NCBI GenBank assembly: GCA_036172245.1
Contig: JAYWIR010000001.1
Location: 5,208,001 to 5,272,000, forward strand
Reading direction: 5' to 3'
DNA from: Raillietiella orientalis
Taxonomy: Eukaryota
DNA: 64,000 bases
The position numbers and the translations under genes are program-made. The notes below the pieces were generated by a model. The model was given only the letters and a program-made list of their open reading frames with translations. It searched no databases and was not told where the DNA came from. Of this stretch, positions 9,500 through 21,600 are shown one piece after another (the first letter of the stretch is position 1; every line of letters begins with the position of its first letter).

Positions 9500-12400
9500 G
9501 AAGATGAAGGGGCACCTTTTGCCCTTTGAGTGATGCAGGGGAGAGCCAGATGAGAGGTCGCAGGTTTGTCCCTACCTGTGCTAGAGGCAAGGAGTTACCT
9601 CTCCCTCGGGCAATTTCGGTCAGGCCTCTTCTGCCTGCCCCTCTCTCTTTTTTTTCCGGCGTTTTTCTTGGAATGCACCGTTCCTCCTCCAAGGTAGCAG
9701 AGCTGACAGGACGGGTTGTGGTCCAAGAAGGTGCTGAGAGCAGCGCAGACCAACCGCCGGATTCTTCCGGTGCAAGATCGGGCGTTTGCGTTTCCGCCGC
9801 AGGCGCCGGTGGTCACGGGAGGACAGAGAACTTCCTGTTTTGGGGCCGGCACAAAAACCTGGCGAAGCGGCTTATCCTAGTGGATGTCCCTAGGCGTTGC
9901 GGGTGGTCCAGGGTTACCGGAACAGATATCGGAGGGTTTTTCCAAGGCCACCTTCTCAGAAGAGCGGGCAGCACCCGCGCAGGAAGAAGCGTGGAGATGA
10001 AAATCCCGGCTTTCCCAGGCGGCCGTCCCAGTTGTCTCGGCGACCGCTCCACTTGGTATGGCACATCCGTCTCAAGAGAGAAGGAAGGCAAACTGTGCCT
10101 GGCCAGTGCGAAGCCAGAGGGAACACTGATGAGGGTCCGCGAAGACCTCACAGGCTGGTCGTGGGAGGGCAAAAGGCGAATTGAACCGTCCAGCCGTCCG
10201 GGAAGCTGCCCCGGGGCACCTGGAGCTCGTTGAAGAGTAAGGGAAACGGGAAACGATGCGCACGGGGAGAGCGCAGTGGAACACGGGGGAAGGCCTCAGC
10301 ACGGTGCGGGGGAGGAGCTTCGGATTGCGGGAGGCTGGAAGGAGCGAGGAGGTCACGCGGCTCGCTCTCGGCAGATCCGAGCGAAGGCGGGTGCCGTAAT
10401 AACGTCGGACCCGAGACCTCGGCCACGGATCAAAAGACCAGGAGCACCCGGCTCCTGAAAAGCAGGAAGGTAACTGCAGGACGCCTCCGGGCCCCTCTCG
10501 GAACCAAGCCCGCCTCTCCTGCTTGCCTTGACCCCCGCCATGAGTGAGCTGCCGCTATCGTCAGTGCGGAAGAAGAGCATGGTGTCCCCCATCCAAGGAA
10601 ACCCTCGAAGTCGCGGTGGCCCCGATGCCACGGTCTGAACAGAAAGGTGGAATAAAAGGGCTCTCCGAAGCATTCGCGAAGACTGGGCACTTCACAGATG
10701 ATGGCGCCTTGCTTCCGACCCTCCCGGCTAGGGTAAGCAGTGCCCTTCCCTACGCTGGGGACTCGCGCGCAACGGGTGCCGTCGTCGCCCTGGCGGAGGG
10801 CGAGAGACTCTCTGATTACCCTGACTACCGCCCGACCCCAAGAAAGGGTCGGAAAAGGAAAGTGGCAAAGCTCTTCCCCTCACGCGGACGACATCGTCTG
10901 GGGCGTTGCGTCGTCCCGGATGAACTTCCATCGGCCGCCGCAGCCTCTGCGTGCGGGCAGCTCGCGTTGCCGTGGAACTGTTGCAGCCGGGGGGGAGAAG
11001 CCAGCCTTCCCCACTCTATGAGGCGGTCAAAGCTGACTCCAGCAGCAAGGGAGGCAGCTCATCCATCCCGACCCACCCTCCGTGGACTGAGGACTCGGAA
11101 GGACCGCAGCCCGGAGACCTCATCCCTTATTTGTTTCTATTTATTTATTGCCCCCTTCCTTTTGTCGCTCTTAAGCACACCCCTCGGGTCGAGTGCACTC
11201 TGGAGAGCATCTCTCTGCTCCTGTTCGATCAAGCAGTGCTCCCGGTAAGGCAAACAAATGCGTTGCCGTGGTCCTCCCATCCCGGACTGCTGGACCACCT
11301 CCGCAAAACGAATTGAAATTTCCGCGGAAAGAAGGGGTCGGTCATGTGCCGGCCCGAAAGGACCCGTGCTCGTTAGGGACGCAACCTGGGAGGGAACGGA
11401 GGGGCAATAAATAAATAAACGGAACGATGGGAATGGACCACCGGCCTCACAATGCTGGACGCGATGCCCGAGGGCCCTGCGTCGGGAAGGAGGAATGGGG
11501 TGCTGCCATCACCGGTTTCGGGCTGGGCTGACTGCAACGCACTCCGAGGCAGCCCTGAGTCTCGTGTCCCGGTTCCGGACAACTTCGCATGGAAAGGGGG
11601 AGTGGAGGTGTTGAACGGCTGCCTCGGAAGACCGTCGCTCTCGCTGGATACAGAGAGATGGCACTAGCCAGGAGGCGGCTGCGAAATTCTCCAGAAGCAG
11701 ACGTTCTCCTGAGAAGTCCTGGGAAAGGGAAAGGGAGCGCCGTAGAAGGGGGGAGGCCTCCCCCTCGCGAGGCGCACACGACCATCCATCCCTGCTGTAG
11801 CCTCTGGAGCTCCAAAGAAGCACATGCGAAGAAGTTACAGGGGCCTCTCGTTTCGAGGGGAAGAGTCTCTCGTTTCCAGGGAGGGCTCAAAAGATCCTCA
11901 GAGCAAGATGACAGAGAAGCAGGGATAGGGTGGGAGGAGGTCGGAGGACCCTGTATCGGGTGGTTCCAAGAGTGTGCTGAGTCTGGGCATGGCTTCGCAG
12001 GAGGGTCGGCCTTCTCGCCGCGCGGAGGACTCAGCGCACGCCCCTCGACCCGTCCTCTCAGGAAGGGAGAGGGTCGCATGGCGTCTTGAAGATGGATGCC
12101 TGGGGGCTCCTGCGCACGCAGCCAGAGTCCACGTGACCAAGGATGGAAAGACGAGGCGTAGGTGGGTGCAGATGGAGGGAGCCTTCGACTTGCTTTCAGG
12201 AAAGGTTCTTGCCGGGTATAGGGTGGGTGGGCCTGAGCAGAGCTAACTCCCAGAAAACAGAGCAAAAGAGCCATGGGGAGGCGAAGCGCTGCTATCCCGG
12301 GCAGCTGAAGAGCCTCCTGAGCACCCACCTCCCTCCCAGAGCTGGACTCCATGGACGCACGCGAGCGTGTGTGGGGGAAGGCTCGTTCACCGGGCACGGG
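9500..12400 (+). repeat. Family A unit, longest copy (reference), degenerate and possibly coding
   Basis: Carries in order the blocks VTGTDIGGFFQGHLLRR, KETLEVA, VAKLFPS, GQLALPW and AGCCAGGAGGCGGCTGCGAAAT that recur in the other copies. Confidence 0.7.
11138..11417. repeat. 17-bp AT-rich inverted repeat pair ~250 bp apart
   Basis: TATTTATTTATTGCCCC (11138-11154) and GGGGCAATAAATAAATA (11401-11417). Confidence 0.85.
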
Positions 12401-13379
12401 AGTGCGTGAGCGGGCACGCACTCGGCGCGTGCTCGCGCGGGGGAGGTCCGATCTGGCCCGCTGCTGCTCCATCTCCGGGATTGTCCAAAGCTCATCTTCC
12501 GGAGTGCGGGACAAATGTATTCCTCCGCCGTATCGCGAGCCCTGTAGACCTCCACCAGTCGCAAGAAGAGCAGGGTCGCACGAATGAAGGATTCTTAAAG
12601 TGGCCACCTGAGCCCCACTCCCCTAGGAAGCCAAGGTCGGCTGTCGGCGATCGCAAGCAAAAGAAAAGTTTCCTCTTCCAGGAACACGAGCGAACCCGGT
12701 ATGAGCCTGGATCAGGGCCCACATCGCGGGAATGGTAACCACATGGGTCTCCTCCCCCTTCCTTCTTTCTTCTTCCATCTCCTTACTTCTTCCCTCTTCC
12801 TCCTTCTTTTCCACTTTTCCTTCTCTGTTCCTCCTCCCCCTTCATCTTCACCTCTTTCTCCCTCCCTCTTCCTCTTCTTCCGAACTCTTCGCTTCCCAAA
12901 GAAATGTGGACGAGAAGGAGCGCCGCGCGAGGTCCTCAGGAGGTGGTGTGATCGTGAGAGTCCAGGGACCCGGCTGCAGGCGCGGGCGCGCACGGGTGAG
13001 ATGTGGGTTTCTCCTTTCTGACGGTCAGGAAGGCTCCGCGGCCGGGGATGTGCAGAGGGGGAGGGGGGAGGGGGAAATTCAATAGCGAAAGTCGCCCGCA
13101 AAAGAACTCGATCGCTTTGGGAAGAAGAGAGGATGAGGACGCTGCGGAAGGAGTTTCATGCAACTGGGATCGATGTGGAACCCGGGAGACGTCCGGGAGC
13201 GCAGGAGGAGAGGAGCTGTGGGATGGATGGGTAGATCAGATGTTGGCAGAAGATTCCATTTCACTTGACTGAGGAGAGCACTGTCGCTGCGCAACGGGAT
13301 CCCTCGCGAGATGCATTTCAGTTCTCACTACTTGATCTGAATCGAAAGCTGATCCAGATCAGCAGCCTCCATGCCGCTT

Positions 13380-14700
13380 CCTGCCCGGGGTTGCGAGGGC
13401 CTCCCCTTCACCCCTCATTCCTTTTGGGTGGCCTCCGGGGATAAGGACAGGGGTCGCACTGCCCCGTATGACCGACTCTTCTCTCGTCCGGGGTCATCCA
13501 GCTCCCCAGAGGCTGGGGAACAGGAAGGGACGGATGTGGGTCGTTTTTGTCCACCGCTTTCTTCGGCACTCTCCTGGTCCAGCGACCTCAGCGCTTTCCT
13601 TCTTCCCCACGCTGCCACTCGCGACCTGCCGTCCGGAGGCTAGACCGTTTTCCCGCCGCGGGTCCCTTCCGCCTCCCTGCACCACGGGAGGGGAGGGAGG
13701 GGCTTCCTCTGCCCCATCTGGATCAGCACCCGGAAGGGCGTGATCTCCAGCGGCTCAGTCAGGTGCAAGGGCACGGGGCGTTGCAGCTGCCACCCCGTGA
13801 AGGACCTACCAGGAAGGGAGTGTCCCGAGTGCAGTTCAGTTCCCCTCCTCCTCCTCCCCTTTTGGCGGGGTTCCCCCACAGTGTAGGGGTCTGGGGGGTT
13901 TCTTTCTCCTTTTCCGGGAAGGACCAGGATCAGATCTGCACGGATCTGGGGCTTTCTCGAAGGGATGAGGCGGCGAGTTCCTTTCCTTCCGGGAGGAGAA
14001 GGGGAAAGGGAGGGAACCCGTTTTTGACCCCTCTCTATTCGGGTCTTCTCCTTCCCTCCGGCTGCCTCCAAGGAAGAAGAGAGAACCTCCGGCGCTCGGT
14101 CTCGGGCAGCAGCAGCTCCGTGCGGTTGCCCCGGCAACCCCCCTTCTTCCCTCTTGCCCCATGCGCCCTCTCGCCGCTCCGGGGGACGGAAGGAGGTACT
14201 AGCCTTCGCTCCTAGTGGAGAAAGCTGCAAATCTCCGGAGCGGCGCTCTTCTCCACCCGTTTCCATGGAACCGGGGAGAGAGAGCAAGCGAGTGAGCATG
14301 CCGTCGTCCTTCGCTCCGTGCCGGCTCCCCGCGTGCGAACCCGACACTGCCGGCTCAGCAGCGGAGGTTTCTCCCGCGCTCCAGGGCGGGGAAGACTCGC
14401 AGGTGGGTGCGGCGGGAGGCGGCGAGGACGAAGAGGTGAGTGACCCATTCGGTCCTTGAGCGCAGTGTCGGCACGGTACACCGCCCCGAGGTGTTTCTCC
14501 CGGTGCCCGCGAGGTCGTTCCACGTGATCCTTCTCCGGGATCCTCAAGGGGATCATAGGGAAGGAAAAACGGAAGAGGCTGGCCCCGTGGCGCAGCCCCC
14601 GCACGTCCGAAGTACCAGTCACTTATACCCCTCCTTCCCAGGTAAGCCGCGGAGTACGCAACCGCTTTCTAGGAGGATCTCTGGAGCCCGCCGGCGGCGA
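13380..14700 (-). repeat. Family A unit
   Basis: VTGTSDVRGLRHGASLFR vs VTGTDIGGFFQGHLLRR; SSSLEAAG vs KETLEVAV; WQLQRPV vs GQLALPW; ACGACCCACATCCGTCCC...AGCCTCTGG vs ACGACCATCCATCCC...AGCCTCTGG. Confidence 0.65.
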
Positions 14701-15349
14701 GGGAACTCTCGGCTGCGAGGCGGCCGCTCTTCCGGTCTGATGTCCCCTCCCCTCCCCTCTCCCTCTTCGCTCCCGCTTGGTGCGCAGGGTCGAACAGAGG
14801 GAGTCCGAGGGGCCGCACCCCTGCCGAACGAATTCACGGAGCTGTCCGGCTGCTCCCGGGCGTGGCCCTTCTCCCCCTGTCTATCTTTTCTCTCTATCTT
14901 CTTTTTCCCTCTGGCCGTTGCCCGGAGCGACGGTTCCGAGTAGCTGCGGCGGCGATGCTGCTGCCACCGGCTGTCGCTGCCTGTTCGGGCCCGGGCCCTC
15001 GCGGGGGAGCAAGTCCCTTGGCAGGACGTGGCCCAGGACGGATGCTCCAGAACAGTTGTAGGCGCGCCACCTCCGCCCTCCGTGAGGACCTTCGGGTACG
15101 AAGGCCGTGAGGCGCGCCTGTCGCTGATTTGTCGAGGTCTCCCCTTGGCTCCCACGACCGCACCCGCGCGGGCCTCAAGGCTCAGGTTGCCCCTGCTGCC
15201 TACTTGGCATTCCCCACGCCTTCCAGCAGCCGCCGCGGTTCTGTCGGCGGGAGTTTCCCCCTTCTCCTCTGCTGCCTTTTTTTGGGGTGGCGAGAGGTCC
15301 TCTCGCTGGACCTGGGCAGTCCAGATCCCCGCTTCATTGCAGCGGCCTC

Positions 15350-17000
15350 TCGGTGTCGTGGGAGCGCCCCAGAGCGCGACAAAGCAGCACCTCGTCGCCA
15401 CCCCAACCATGGGGCACCCCTCGAAAAATTCCAAAAAAGAAAAGCAAAATCGTGGGTCAGGCACCCTCCCTCCGGCACGGTAGGGTTTGAACCTCGCTGG
15501 GAACATGGGCAAGGAAGGGAGAGGAAGGGAGGGTGCTGGATAACGGGGGTGCCGTGAACCCGGCTCATGGCGAGTTTTGCCGCCGGGTTGCGTCTGGACG
15601 ACATGAGCGTCATTTCCGGATCCTTTCAGACGCCATCCTCGAATCTCCGAGGAGAGCGACGGGAGGAGGGCAGGTCGAGGGGTGTGGACTGAATCCTCCG
15701 CGCGACGAGAAAGCCGACCCTCCCGCGAAGCCACTCCCAGACTCGGCGCACTGTTGGAGCCACCCGATACCGGTCCTCCTCCCTCCTCACCCTACCCCTG
15801 TTCCGCCGCCATCTTGCTCTGGGGGTCTTCTGAGCCCTCCCTCGAAACGAGAGACTCTTCCCCTTGAAACGAGAGGCCCCTGGGACTTCTTTGCACGCGC
15901 TTCCGGAGCGCTTCAGAAGCTATAGCAGGGATGGATGGTCGGGTGAGCCTCGAGAGGGGGAGTCTGCTCCCCTTCAACAGCGCTCCCTTCCCCCTTCCCA
16001 GGACTTCTTCCCAGGAGAATGTCTGCTTCCGGCGGATTTCGCAGCCGCCTCCTGGCTGGCACCATCCCTTTGCCTCCGGTGAGAGCGGCAGTCTCAGGGA
16101 GCCAATCGAAGGGGCTTCATTGGGGACGGAATGAGTATTCTCCAGATCCTGTTCCTCCTCTCCCGTCCCCGTCCGTCCCGGACCCTCGGAGACCGTCGCC
16201 ACCGACGTAGGGCCCCAATGCATCCCACCCACATTATGTTTGTTTTATGTGCTGCCCCTCTCTTCGCTTCCACTCAGACTCCTTCCCTTTGGGAACCGGT
16301 AAGTGGCTGACCACACCTCCCTTTGGGCCTCTTCTCCTTTGTTTATCTTTTGGAGCCAAAACGTGGGATCCCTCACCGAGAGCCAGGTTCGTGGCGCTAC
16401 TGTTGTCTTCTCCTTTGCTTATTTTGAACGAAGGACTCGCCACCTCCGGAAGGATGACTTACGGAGTCGCTTCTTGGGCGTTCCCAGTCCTAGTGCCTTC
16501 CCTGCGATATGGACCGATACGCGGCCCGTCCGCCTGCACAGGCGCTTTCATCCCGGGTCGTCTGGGTTTTGGCTGCGCCAGGGGGCGCCCTTTTGGTCTG
16601 ATGCCTCCTGGCATGAAGGAGGGGAAACCCCCCTGGGTTCCGTCCCGGAACCCAGGGGGGTTTCCGCTTGTCCTGGGAGCCTGCAGACCAGCTCTCCAGC
16701 CGCTCTTGCTTCAGCGTCCCGCTTTCCTCGGACTGCTGGAGAGGGCGGCCGCCTCCCCAGAGATCTCTGGGAGGGGTTGGCATGCTCTCGCCGCTCGAGC
16801 TGCTTCCGAAGACTTTGCTAAATCCTAGGAACGGCTCCCTGATCCGTTTCTCGGAGAAGATGCTGATCGCAGTTTCTAAAAGATTTATGGTCAGTCGGTT
16901 TCCTTCGGAAGCAGGGGCAAAAAAGGAAAAGAAAAAAATTTCCCCCCCCTCCTTCCAAGAAGAAAAAAAAATGCCTTGTTTTCCTTCTTCTTCCTTCCTT
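15350..17000 (-). repeat. Family A unit, inverted relative to 9.5-12.4 kb
   Basis: Exact 22-mer AGCCAGGAGGCGGCTGCGAAAT, plus a 50-nt block GGGGCCTCTCGTTTCRAGGGGAAGAGTCTCTCGTTTC..GGGAGGGCTCA with 2 mismatches. Paired ORF text EKADPPAKP..DSAH and KRETLPLETRGP in ORFs 11447-12607 and 15533-15925. Confidence 0.85.
16623..16665. repeat. Perfect 20-bp inverted repeat with 3-nt loop
   Basis: GGAAACCCCCCTGGGTTCCG-TCC-CGGAACCCAGGGGGGTTTCC. Confidence 0.95.
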
Positions 17001-19559
17001 CCTAGTGGGCTTGTTTGCAGAGGCGCCCGTCTGCCCCGTTCTAAGGGACCTATGCGAACAGTCCGCGGAGGAAGTGGCGAAGAACGCAAACACAGCGCGC
17101 CGCGCGCAGTGAGAGGAAGGACGTCGGGAAGCCGAAACGATGATGGATAAATTATCCTCCTCCTCCCCTCCTCCTCTTCCCTCCCCTCATTGCAGGAACC
17201 GCATCGGAGCGGGACCGAAGAGGTTCCTTGGCGACCAGCTCAAGACGTCGCCGCAAACAAGCCCGTAAAATCCCGTGGACGTTCCGTGGATGCCACATAA
17301 ATCGGCGCCCGACGACGTCTGCAAGACGTCCTCCTGCCCCTTCCGAGGGAGTGCCGGATGCCAGCCGTCGGGAGAACGACGGGCCTTCCAGCCCTACCCG
17401 AGGGAAGCAGAGGAACTTCGAAGGGCGACGACGGGCGCTTCGAACGCAGTGCTTCTCGAAGGCGGCGTGCCCGGGGCCGCTTCTTCCTCTATTTCTCGCT
17501 TCTGGAGGACAAAAGCCTTCCTTTCGGTCTTCTGGAACCGGACCACCAGCCATGAGCACGGTGACCTCGCCTCATCCTCGGGACCAGACCTGACAATTTC
17601 GTTGAAACCATGGGTCCCGGCAGTCCAGAGGCCAAGAGACAGCGACCGCAAACAATGCACCCTCCCGACGTGACTCTCCGGCGCTGCTGTTGCCCGTTGG
17701 AGCTGCTGTCTCCCCTTCCTTCGCGGACTGCTCACACAGCTTCCTTGGAACGGAGGAGATGGATCCTCCGAAGTCGATGCCACCTTCTCTAGCGGAGCTC
17801 CTCACGAGGCATTCCCTCCTCCTGCTGAGATGACGCTAACCTCTCACGGAGCGGCAACGCAAACCCCGGTGCTCATAGACACTTCGGTCCACTCCTCTGC
17901 CTTCCCACAAGCGCCAGTGCCGCCATGTCGTAGCACGCAGACGCCTCCGAGGGAAAGGTCAGCACGGGAAACGGGTCGCGAGCGTCGCTGTCTCACCTTC
18001 TCACGTCCCTTCCAGGTCCACCCACTTGCAGCCACGTATTCGGCGCCTCTTGGAAGGCAGGTGCCTCCAGATGATGCTCCCGCTACTACTCGTCGTCCAG
18101 GAAACGAGAAAACGGGAAGGCACTCACTTCGGTTTCTGCTGGCGCCGCCTCCTCTCGCTGTTCTAGGCGTCGACAGCTAGGAGCCCACACGCGCCATCAG
18201 CACCAGGTGCACACTGCACCAAGAGGCGACCGAGTCAGCAGACCCGCCTTGCTGAGCTTTCCCTCCGGGGGTCCGAGCGGTGGAAAACTCGCGATCCTTC
18301 ATGACTCTTGAGCGAAACCATGGATCCCGGCGCCCTCGTGCGGGCAGAGGCTGAATTTGCCGAAGAGGACCCCAACCGACAACCGCGCCCACAAGCGATT
18401 CCTCCGCCGGACCGCTGGCCGGGTGGAAGAATGGACTGCTTCGAGTTTCCCCCTGGCTCGAGGAGAGAAATCAAGGGGTCCGCTGTTTGCGGTCGCTGCC
18501 GCTTGGTTTCGGGGAACTTCCACTCGCTGGTTCCCTGAGGGGCGAAGTGCAGCCGCGGCGTAAAGAGGAGCGAGGAAGGCAGGCGCTATGCCTCGTCCCT
18601 AGCCGCGCCTTCCTGATGCTGACCCCAGGTCGCGCGAGTCCCCCATTCGGTCGTTTGGCGGAACAGGACGCAACTTTCAGAAAAAAGGGAAGGGGGAGAG
18701 GTACGGATGCAGATGGCGCATCTCCGTTTGGCAGCGTCTGGAAGGAAAAAAAAGGGGGGGGGGAAGGATGAAACAAAAGAAGAAGAAGAAAACGCCGCCC
18801 GCTCTCGCCAGCGGGAGGCGTCGTCGCCATCCGTGGCTGTTGTTGTTGTTGTTGTTTTTTGCCGCGTGTCGGGAGAGAGAAGCGAAAGGGAGAGCCGGGG
18901 GGGGGGGGGGAAGGCGGCATCCCAATGCCTGTGGGAAGACCGGCGCTTTTTTTCCTGGGGCTCCTCGGGATGGCTGCAGCAGCCGCGGCTGCCAGCCTCC
19001 TCTCCCCGCCCGTCTCCCGCGCACGCGGCGGAGGAGCACAGACAGTGGGAATTGATTGTTTGCCAGCGCTTTCCGTGTCGTCCGCTGCGACCATCCATCT
19101 TCCTCCGGGAGAATCCTGGCGAAATCGGTTTATTTGCTTCCTGCTTTCCCCGGAGCAGTGGTACGCCACCGCCGCTGCTAACCTACGGAATTAATTTGCC
19201 GACGAAAATAATGCAGCGGAGAGTGCGTTCCCGGCGACGAAGACGTAAAAGTCGAAAATAAATGTGTCTGCGTTCTGCTGCTCCGAAGACCTCGCTGTTC
19301 CCGAGATAGGAGTCTCGAGAAATTTATGACGTGTCACCCCGGGTTTTCCCTTTTGAAGGGAAGCAGTTTTTGCGCCCATCCGCATCCAGAGATTTCCTCG
19401 AACGTTCCTAGATCACGCAGCTTCCTCCTCATCCCTTCGTGTTCTTTCTTTCTTGCTTCAGCCACTGGGACGCGGGGAGGGAAGGAGCGCCAGCCCCGGG
19501 CGAGCGGGGAAAGAGGATACCTAAAGGGAGGACCCCTTTGACTCTGCCGGGAGCGGTCG

Positions 19560-20050
19560 AAATGCATGCTGATGAACGCTACGTCGGATGGGACCCCGCG
19601 CGTCTTTTCCGCGTCTCGGGTAACCGTTCCTCCCCCTGCTGGAGGCGCTCCCAGACCGCGGTCAAGTTCACAGACGGGCCCCGGAAAGGTCGATATTTCT
19701 CAATTCTGGGCAGTACCTGGATCGGAGGTGGGAACAGCATCCTTCAGATCGGAAGAGGTAGCGCCTCAAAGCGATCGAGGATGGGAGGTTCGACTCCCGG
19801 AGAGAGAGCGGCTAAGGATCCCAGACGGCAACAGAAGTAGAAGGACTGCAGGGATGCTGAATAGGGGGAACGTGGAGGGACGCCGTGGCGAGCAGCTCTC
19901 TCAGGGATGGAGGGAGCTCCTCCCGTTCCCTTCCGCGCCATCGCCCTCTGCCGACCTTACGGACGAACGGACGGCAGGCAAAGCGGGAGCTGAGCACACA
20001 CTCTGCTGCTACCTCTGACAGGGGCAGCGCGCCCAACCACGCGGGAGAAA
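19560..20050 (+). repeat. Family A unit (5' part)
   Basis: RVFSAS...QTGPGKVDISQ vs GFFAGTLSR...KCGPGKVLFRQ at 37.6 kb. Confidence 0.4.
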
Positions 20051-20399
20051 GACGGCGGACCTTCGGAGTAACAAAGGCCTGTTGCAGCTGCCTCTTCCAA
20101 CGCTGCTGCTGCCCGTCGGAGCTGCTATCGTCCGTCGAAGCTGCTGTTGCCTTCTACTGCGCTGCTGTTGTCTTCTCCAGAGATGCTGCTGCTCGTCGAG
20201 GACTTTGGAGGAATCCGTCTTCTAGGCAGGGAGCCGACCCTTCGAACTACCCCGCCGTCCTCGCCCTGGAAGACCCACAGCACTGCATCCAGCCGAAAGA
20301 AGAGGGAAAGCGTTAGCCTGGAGTTCTTGGCTTCGATTCTGTTTCGCAACGAGTTGCAGCGCCTGGAGGAACGGGTGCCCTTTGCGCCCACGATCGCAT

Positions 20400-21600
20400 C
20401 ATGGCGCCTGCTTGCCGCCTACCTGAGGGCTCATCGGCAGGCTGGCTCATGTGCCGTGACGCTCACGGAGAGGTGGCGTCGCCTCGAATTCCTCTGTCCC
20501 CCGGTTACTCTTTCGGTCTTCCAGCGATGGCTCACGTGTAGAGGTGCCTGCCGGCTTCTGCACTTGGTGCTCTGGGTTCTAGCGACGCCGTCATGTCATG
20601 GACGGATCAGGAGTCAGTTCCTCGAGGTGCGGATGAGGATAAGGTGCTGATCGGGAGTGGAAGCATCGGAAGGGGTCCTCTGCTTCCTCTTCGGCCAACA
20701 CTTGCTTTTGGCACCACATGATGCCATCGTGCCTCCATCTTTGATTCTAGGAACCGCAATCAAGCAGCTCCAGATCCTCAAGTTAACGGAAACAGAGGAC
20801 CGGAAACCAAATGGCCCGAAGAACTGGCAACGTTGGTGCTCTTCGGAACATGAGGGATGCTTTGAGACGCTACCTGTGCTGCCTCTGGAAGGAGAAGTAA
20901 AGGCGCGCGAGGTGTTGGCCGCCTTCCTCCTGCTCCGGTATCGTGCTGGGCTCGGAGATGGGAAGGAGGAAGCTGTGGGGAAGAGAAGAAGGAAGGTCGA
21001 ATCCGCAAATGGCTCAGTAGCGTTCCCGGTATTGGAACCGGAAAAACCAGCTGAGCGCAGAGTTCCCCGATGTGACGCAATGTTGGGAGGAGAGCCGCCT
21101 TCTCAGGAGCCAAGAACTGCGCTGCCTCCGCCGCTGCCGAGGCGGGTTGCCTCGTCCTCTGCGGTCTTTCCGGAATCTGGCGCTCCACTGAGGCTACTGT
21201 TGCCCTTGCGCCCGTCGCTTCTTCGTTGCCGACGGGAAGCTGACCAGGAAGATAATCTTCCCCCGCTTTCCTCCAGAGCGGTGTCGCTGAGGGAGGAGGT
21301 GAGCTGGAAAGAGGACGCGGGGAAGAACAGCTGAGAAGGCGAGCGAGGGACGAACCTCTCTGCCCCATCGATGGCTGCCCGGCAAGCCCCATCTCGGGAG
21401 AAGAAGGGAGGAGTTGACCCCGCGGTATCTGCCACCACCTCGTCGATCACCGCGGGGCCCAGCCGGCCGTGCACTGGAAGAGGCCGGCGGCACCACCGCA
21501 GCAGCTGCTGTCCTTTCCGGGTCGCCTCCTGTGGAATTCGAGTCTGCCACTCTCCAGAGTGGGTGGGTGGGGACGGTGGGCGCACGAGTGGAGGGTCCAA
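20400..21600 (-). repeat. Family A unit
   Basis: FSRDGACRAAI matches VSRDGACRLKS (42.4 kb) and GDGSLRTAL (2.0 kb). Confidence 0.4.
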
